Source of the DNA: Guillardia theta CCMP2712 | Taxonomy: Eukaryota > Protista > Cryptophyta | Assembly: GCF_000315625.1 (NCBI RefSeq) | Contig: NW_005434628.1 | Coordinates: 37,508-101,507, forward strand | Length of the DNA stretch: 64,000 bases | Direction: 5' to 3' | Part shown: positions 56,404-64,000 of the stretch, piece by piece | Layout of the letters: every line of letters begins with the position of its first letter | Position numbering within the stretch: the first letter of the stretch is position 1 | Translations under genes and position numbers: made by a program | Notes under the pieces: model-generated | Told to the model about the DNA's origin: nothing | Databases searched by the model: none | The model's input: only the letters and a program-made list of their open reading frames with translations

Positions 56404-56739
56404 AATATTGAGTTACAGTACCAGTCCTTCCTGGAACTGATCTGCCTTACACTGCCCCGGACTCTCCATCGATGATTCAACCGTTTGGGCCGATCAGGAT
56501 GAGAAGGATTCAAGTTCGGCTCAACCAAGTCTCGACAGCCTCCTCCTCCTCCTCCTCCTCCTCCTCCTCCTCCTCCTCCTTCACCTCTTGGTGATGTTGC
56601 TTGCCCGCCATGGCCAGGCTAGTACGACTAGTGGCTGAAGAGAGTTTGCCAGGCTTGTAGAAACTAATTGACTACAGGGCTGATTATCCACTTCTAAATA
56701 TTGACTATAGAAGCACTTTCCTGTGAAACGGACTGGCCC

Positions 56740-57115
56740 GCCTCGCCGGGGAGGTCTGAAGGGGTGGGTGGTGAAATGGGGGGGTGCAGTCATGCCCTGC
56801 AGGGACAAGTACCCCCATTCAAACAATTGATTTAACCGGTACTGGTAGTTTACCTGCAAAGGGAGTGTTGGGCTGGGGTAGGGTTTGAGGGGGTGGAATT
56901 TGTGGTGCAGAGATGGGGTGCATACAGAAAGAAGGAAACAATCGAAGGTGGGTCATCCGGACCGTATCAGGGGTAGGGGTACCATCGGTGTAAAGTACTG
57001 GTGACATCGTGTACTTTTCAGGGTACCTGGAGGCATGGGTGGGTAGTCGCACTGAAAAGGGTAGGGTGAGAAGAAATAGGGTGGGGTATGATAGGGGGTG
57101 GGGTAGGTGATTGAG
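56740..57115. repeat. GGGGT-rich tract upstream of ETFA
   Basis: Directly visible. Confidence 0.55.
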
Positions 57116-57246
57116 TTACTTGGGTCGCAGACATGCAGGGACTTGTCCGTGCTGTACGACGGTGAGGAGGAGGAGGAGGAGGAGGAGGAGGAGAGTTAGT
57201 ATGTCAGATGAGGGGAAGAATAGAGGCAGAGCAGGAAACACAGACC

Positions 57247-59025
57247 ATGCTGAATAATCTTCGTTAGCAAAGGGACCTTGTGAAGAAGAGAAGATGAAAG
57301 AAAATGTTGTGAGCAACAAGTACCTGATAAGTTTGTCTGTTAGCTTTGGATGCTCCAACTTTCAGAGGAGATTCGCATCCACCCTTGTGATTGCTGAGCA
57401 CGACAACTCGGCCTTGAATGCCATCACGCGCAGTGCGGTATCCTTTGTTCTTCCAAGAACCGTTCTCGATCAGCATTGATGTGCAACAGGTCACTGCCGC
57501 GTCCAAGTTGGGAGGTGATGTAGACTTGCTGGTGGCTGGCAACAACTGCGACAAGGTTGTTGAGGTACGTCGTCTCTCCTCGTTTGCTCTCATGCTGCAT
57601 GTAGAATGCTGAGATATTGTTGCACACAGGAAGCGGCCAAGATCTCTGGAGTGAAGCGAGTGTTGAAGGCGTCGGCTCCTCATCTTGAGAGGAGATTGGC
57701 TGAGGAGCTCGAAGCGCTGATCTTGCACGCTCAGGTGAATTCCTTCCAGGCGCTTGATCACCGCTAACCTTGAACCTGCAGAATTCGAACAAGTACACCC
57801 ACATCATGGGAGCTTCGTCGGCCTGTACCAAGTCAGTGTTGCCTCGAGTAGCAGCCAAGCTCGATGTGAACCAGGTAAGGAAACTTGAGGTCCAAGGTGA
57901 AGCAGCAAGAGTGACACCTTCCTCTCTTAGATCTCCGAAGTCATCGCCATCGAATCTGAGGTGACAGCAAAAGGATTCATTGTGACCTAGTCACTCGCTA
58001 ACAGGACACTTTCGTCCGTCCCATCTATGCTGGAAATGCTCTTGCCACTGTCAAGGTCCTTCACTTGAACCTGCCGCGATGATTTCTGACACATTCACAG
58101 AGCTCGGATGCGGTGAAGGTCATGACAACTCGAGCAACCAGCTTCGATAAGGCTGAGGTCGCCCAACCGATCGCTGCTGCTCGGGGACTGATGGTGTCGC
58201 GATGGCAGATGAATGGAAGCGCAAGTGTCGAAGAGATCAGCAGTGCTGCAGTTGGTGCTGAAACATGGAGACGAAACTCTCGACGTGTATTGACATGTTG
58301 GTCATCCTCAGGCGCTTCAGAATGGAAGTCGGAGGAGCTCAGCAAGTCAGACAGGCCCGAGTTGACAGCTGCCAAGTGAGAGAAGGAGGGGTGGGGGGGG
58401 AGCGCTCCAGCCCTGATTCTCGTTCTTAGCGTGATTGTTGCTGGCGGACGGGGACTGAAGAGCAGCGAGAACTTTCAGATGCTGTGAGCGTTCATGACAA
58501 CTTTTGTTGGCACAGCGTAAACCTGTTGCAGCTACAAGTTTGCAGACAAGTTGGGAGCTGCTGTTGGAGCTTCCAGAGCTGCGGTGGATGCAGGATACAT
58601 GCCCAACGATGCGCAGGTGCGACAGACGGCTTTGACCCTGTTTACTTCATGATGATTCAACCACTGCAGATTGGACAAACTGGCAAAGTCGTCGCTCCTG
58701 ATCTCTACTTCGCTATTGGAATCTCAGGTTGTGAGCCACCGCAGCTGACCGACTTGTCTGAAGGCTTCACAGGAGCAATCCAGCACCTTGCGGGCATGAA
58801 GGACTCCAAGACGATCGTCGCGATCAACAAAGATCCCGATGCGCCGATCTTCCAGGTTGGGCTTGAAATCAGCAGAAGCTGCTGCCTTACACTGTTCAGG
58901 TGTCAGACATCGGTTTGGTGGATGATCTCTTCAACGTCGTGCCAACAATGACGGTAGAAGAAAACTTTCCCTCCCACGTCCCGTCCTGACGAATGGTTTG
59001 CTCACAGGAGGAAATCAAGAAGTGA
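57247..59025 (+). CDS. ETFA: electron transfer flavoprotein alpha subunit; spliced, start approximate
   Basis: [106 protein letters not shown]. Confidence 0.96.
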
Positions 59026-59228
59026 GATCGACAGGTCTGTCAAGTCTCTTCTCCACCTCTGAAGCCACAAGGGCTGTGATGACCTCTACCGTCAGTATCG
59101 TGATGAACTGAACTCATGTTAAGAAACCAGTGAAGGGTTCTCGTGTCAATGAGAAGCTTCCCAGTTGCCTCTATGCGGTCTTCAACAAACCACAACAAGG
59201 CTGCATGCTGGCTGGATCTCTCAGTCCG

Positions 59229-62200
59229 CTACATGTTGCAGAGGTATTTCCTCCATCCCTTGGGTCTTGGGGGAGTCTCCAGGTAGTAGGCTGGTGAAAT
59301 GGCTTCATCCTCCTCCTTGTTCAGCAGCAGCTGGTAATGGCTCTCTCTGCTGGAGTGCAGCAGGAGGAAAGGTTTCCCCTGCTTGTCTCCCCCAAGTGTC
59401 TGCGGCAGTCAGGAAGCAGCGTGGGAAGGCATCGGGTCACCTCAGTCGGGTTGGAGAGGCTCGGGGAGTGTCCGTTGACGAAGTAGAAGAGATGGACGGG
59501 GGCGGCGAGGAGGATGGAGAGGATCTGAAAGATGGTCGATGAGGGACGAGGAGGGCCGGGAGGAAGCAGGACCTGTAGCTCGACTCTCTCCCCGAAGATT
59601 CCGTCCTGCGCCATGACGCTCGCGTAGAGCTCGACAGCCGACTGACTCCTGAGTTTCTCACGACTCACTGGGGAGGAAAGAGCCTGCTTCCCCCAGCGGC
59701 GTTGAGCCTCCTCGCGCAGAAGCTGAACAACTTCGTTATGCTGGCGAGCACGAGGGAGAGAGGGGAAGGAGGACACGAGGAGATCGAGGGGGTGAAGCAA
59801 GAGAGGCTGAGGAGAGGGAGCGCAGGAGTAGCGGGAAGGGGAGAGGAGGGGAGGAGAGCAGGGACCTTGCTAGTTCGGTCGTTCCTGCTTCCGTAAAGCG
59901 CGTCCTGGAGAGAGTCGGCGATTTCGGCCCGGATCCCCATGCTGAGGTTGGACTGAAGGAGCAGCGCAATGACCTGGCAGCGAATGAGGAAGGGGAGAGG
60001 AGGAGGAGGAGGAGGAGCAGTAGAAGTAGCAACAGACAGAGGAGGAGGAGGAGGAGGAGGAGGAGGAGGAGGAGGAGGGCGTTACCTGTGCTCTAACTTC
60101 CAGCGCCAGCTTTCTTCTCGTTTCTCGTGACAGCCCAGCCAGCATTTTCGCCCCCTAGCGCCATCAAGAAATGAATGGATGAATTGCAAGGAGGAGGGAA
60201 GGAGGGGAGGAAACGACTAAGGAGAAGGAAGAAGCAAGGGAGAGAAGGAAAGAGCAAAGATTCGTGCAGAGCTGGAGGGAGCAGGGCAAAGAGGTTTTGT
60301 TGCCTCACCCCGTCAGATTCAAGAGCTTTGAGGTGTAAAGCTGCACACGTGAAGAGACAGTCGCCATTGCGCTCAACGTCGACGATGTCAAACTCGTTTC
60401 GCATTGTTTCCTTGCAATCTTGTCAGGAGATGCAGCGGGAGAATATGGGGAACATGGGAGAGAGGGAAGGGAAGGTGATGGATGTAGAGGCGATGAAGGA
60501 GGAGGAGGAGGAGGAGGAGGAGGAGGAGGAGGAGGAGGACGAAGCAGTGGCGTTGGAGACTGAGGATAGTAGCCGGCTGCATACCTCAAACTCTTTCTCC
60601 TTCTCGCTCCACTCCACCCCTTTCATTTCCACAGCTAGCGAGCCCAAAAAATCCTTTGAAGGGAAGTTAACAGCCAAACTTTCCTTCCCCCCCCCTTCCT
60701 TCAGCCTCCTCCTCCTTCAGCCTCCTCCGTCTCCCTCCCCCCCCATTCCTTTCTTTGCCGTGAGCTGACAGTCCACCCACCTGATGGGCACCCAACTGAT
60801 CCAGCATCTTGCGAAGTTCATCTCGACGGGGCTGCAGCAGGAAGAGGAGGGAGAAAGAGGAGGAGGAGGAAGAGGGAGGAAGAGATGGAGGAGAAGGAGG
60901 AGCAAGGAGGACAATCAAGGGAGCGAAACAGTATCGAGACCGTGTGGGTACCTTAGACACGAGGGAGGTGACTGCGTTAATATCCTTCTTCAGGTCTTTC
61001 ACCCTGTTGTATCTCTCAGATGAAAGCGACGAGAGGGAGGAGGAGGAAGAGGAGGAGAGAGGAGGAGGAGGGAGGGAGGGAGGAGGAGTAGGAGTAGGAG
61101 GAGTAGGAGGAGGGAGGGAGGAGGAGGAGGGAGGGAGGGAGGAGGAGTAGGAGTAGGAGGAGTAGGAGGAGTAGGAGTAGGAGGAGTAGGAGTAGGAGGA
61201 GGAGGAGGAGTAGGGNNNNNNNNNNNNNNNNNNNNNNNNNNNNNNNNNNNNNNNNNNNNNNNNNNNNNNNNNNNNNNNNNNNNNNNNNNNNNNNNNNNNN
61301 NNNNNNNNNNNNNNNCGCACCATGTCAACACCTCCCACACCTCTCACATCTCCCTCCTCTCTCCTGCCCTCTCTTTCCTTCCCACGGCAACCAGTCCTCT
61401 TCCACCGTCGCACGCTTCTCCCCTCCTCCTCCTCCTCCTCCTCCTCCTCCTCCTCCTCCTCACCTCCAGCAGCGCCTTCGTGAGCATCTCGATACTTGAC
61501 GCCTCTGCCGAGATCGTCTCTGCGAGCAGCGTGAGGCTGCAGAACCGTTCGGCTCCTCCTCCCTAACCAGTGAGGGTCTTGACCATGGGCGAGCTCAGGC
61601 TCTTTGACAGAGTCGGCGGCGTCGAGTCTGTCAGTCTCGTCAACCTCCCTCCCCTCTCCCTCCTCTCCCTCCCTCCCTCCCTTCTTCCTTTCCCTCCCTC
61701 CCTCTCTCCTCTCCCTCTACGCACCCGCCAAGAATCGTCCTCCATGCCCCTGCCTTTGCTCCGATCGATCGGGCGAGACGAACGGATTGACCTGGAGAGA
61801 GGAGCAAAAAGTTCAGCAGGATCTCCCTCTCATGGGGTTGACCTGCTGAGCTCGCATCCTCCACTCGCTGGCCTCGAGCTGGGCAGAGGCCAGCTGCTCT
61901 AACGCGAGCTGCAGCCTTGCCTCCAGCTGTTTCCCCTTGTCCGCGCAGAGCTCACACCAACATCGCTCCTCCTGTGGGGAACTCAGCAAGAGGAGGAGGG
62001 GGGGGGGATGGGAGGTTCGGCATAACGAGGTTTTTTTTGGGGGGGGAGGCAGTTGAGGAGGAAGACAACGAGGGGAGAGAGGGAGGGGTTCCCGCCGGGT
62101 ACGCAGAGAGACTCACGATGAGAGGAGAGACGGAGGAGGAGGAGGAGAGGTGAAGTTGCGTCATGGAGTTGCTCAGCGACGAGTCGCTTGTCACCAGCAA

Positions 62201-63028
62201 CGACCCCACTGCCAGGCTCTCCGTGTCCACGTACTCTGGCACGACATCCTTCCCCTCCATCGCCTTCCCCTCCTTCTCCTCGAAGGCAATCTTGGGTGAC
62301 TCCTCTGCACCCCTCGACACCTGATGCTCGGTGTTGATCACCGCGCAAGAAGGGCTCGAGTCGAAGATTCCCCTGCTCCGCCGTTACTCCTCCTCCTCCT
62401 CCTCCTCCTCCTCCTCCTCACTCACTCACTCACTCACTCACTCACTCACCTCATGTCCCTGCTGACCTCAAGCACCCCTTCCTCCTGCTCCACGTTGTAG
62501 CTGTTCGACTTCCTGCTCCTCCTCGTCCTCCTGGGCTTCGATGACGGGGTCGAGTGCTTCCATGGGAGGTCACAAAGTTTCTCTCGCACAGACGCTTCCT
62601 CCCTCACCTCCTCTGCCCTGCATTCCGCGATCCCTTGGAAGTTCTCCGAGCCCACACTCTGCAAGCAGCAAGCAGTCAGCGCTTCCTCCTCCCTCGCATG
62701 CGTCCCAGCACCTCAGACAAGGACTTGTTCAACGAGGAGAAGCTGTCCGACAGGTCCGTTTGACGAGCACTGCAAGCTCACCTAGTCACCTCCTCCTCCT
62801 CCTCCTCCTCCTCCTCCTCCTCCTCCTCCTCCTCCTCCTCCTCCTCCTCCTGCCGCACCTGATCGATCTCCGCGCCTCCTTTCTCAACTCTCGCCATATC
62901 CTCGGGTCCGTGGTCGACTTGTACTGCTGCAAGGTGTAGAGATGACGGATGTCTAGCTGCGGGCGGGTCTCTTCGTCGAGGAAGAGCGCCAGGTTCTCAA
63001 CGATCCACTCGCGGACGGAGTCTTCCAT
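59229..63028 (-). CDS. OTU-domain deubiquitinase-like protein with long N-terminal region (spans the gap at 61216-61315; could be two genes)
   Basis: IVDVERNGDCLF; YASVMAQDGIFGERVELQ; LLHSSRESHYQLL; start MEDSVREWIVENL. Confidence 0.7.
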
Positions 63029-63375
63029 AATGGGATGTGAGGGCGGGTCCAAAGGGTTCACAGAGACATGCGTTCCTGCGAAAGCAAAACGATCACTGAA
63101 ACACCATGGCCAGCAAAAGAATTTTCACAGGAACCATCTTTGATCTGCCCTCTCCCCCTCACATATCCCTTCCTCCATCTTCATAGCCATATTCTCATCG
63201 GGTGAAATGTGAATCATATTTCCTTCTTTCTCCATAAATACTTTTCGCTTTCATTCGCATCCAAAAGTGTATCATCTTCTCAGCCCACATAGAACCTTGA
63301 TCTTTTCATCGTCATCATTCGCGCTCTGCCTCATCCCTTGTTGGCAATTTGTTGCCAGTCACACCTTAGAAAACT

Positions 63376-63910
63376 TCTCTCTGTCTCTGTCTCTGTCTCT
63401 GTCTCTGTCTCTGTCTCTGTCTCTGTCTCTGTCTCTGTCTCTGTCCTCAACATCTGCATGTTCTGCTGTCGAACTGGAAGACGTCGCCCGACAACCCGCC
63501 TGCACTGTGTACAGTCCAGGAACGATTATATGTTTATTTTGTACCACCCCTTTAATTCCTTCAAAATCTGATGACCCCTCCTGTGAATTATCTACCAGTG
63601 TTTTGAAAATTTTTATACCTAAAAATAATGATACAAAACTTGCTTATAAATGTTTTGACTGAAAACTCTTGCTTCATTCGTCATTTCCGACCGTTTGAAA
63701 ATTTTAGGATCATCTCACAGTTACAAAACCGTTATCCGGCGACCGGGGTCTCGGCCGGGGCCGGCCCGACTCATCGGTGAGTCAGTGGGCCGGCCGCCCG
63801 GCTCCGGCCCCGGCGGCTCCCGTACTGTAGTCCGGGAGCCCCCCCGGGGCCCGGTCCCCGCGGGCCCGGCCAGGGACTTCGGAAGGAGCGGCCCGGGAGA
63901 GGGGGGGGAA
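63376..63910. promoter_or_regulatory. (TCTCTG)n, TTTGAAAATTTT blocks and a CCGG island upstream of a minus-strand gene
   Basis: Same order of elements as at 41820-42400. Confidence 0.45.
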
Positions 63911-64000
63911 GTGAACCGAATCGAATCATTTGTTGTGAGTTTGTTGACTTGAAGCCTCGGAAGCAAAAGTGACGAGCAAAAACGACAATGCCGTGTTGGC

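Overview
Eukaryotic nuclear DNA with three N gaps. Genes are dense and split by many short (mostly ~40-60 nt) GT-AG introns, with abundant polypurine microsatellites. A PX-Rheb fusion and a 'KTIRDIWNR.TW' HTH-like protein point to a cryptophyte (Guillardia/Hanusia-like); this is inference. Recognisable genes: bacterial-type 2,4-dienoyl-CoA reductase (FadH-like), two USP-fold proteins, an HTH-like protein, a giant EF-hand/coiled-coil protein, Sec12-like, TAF4, ARF1, PX-Rheb, cytochrome b561, ETF-alpha and an OTU protein. There is also a decayed PIF/Harbinger element and a ~1.7 kb tandem duplication. Most notable observations: (1) a USP with predicted signal peptide, Cys-rich ectodomain and transmembrane helix, i.e. 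a receptor-like deubiquitinase; (2) a signal-peptide-bearing USP lacking the catalytic His/Asp; (3) a family of TG..CA-ended foldback elements with 5-bp target duplications; (4) two recurring classes of intergenic DNA, CCGG-rich islands sharing a 32-bp motif and GGGGT/ACCCC mosaics at divergent gene junctions. Exon boundaries were read by eye and are approximate.
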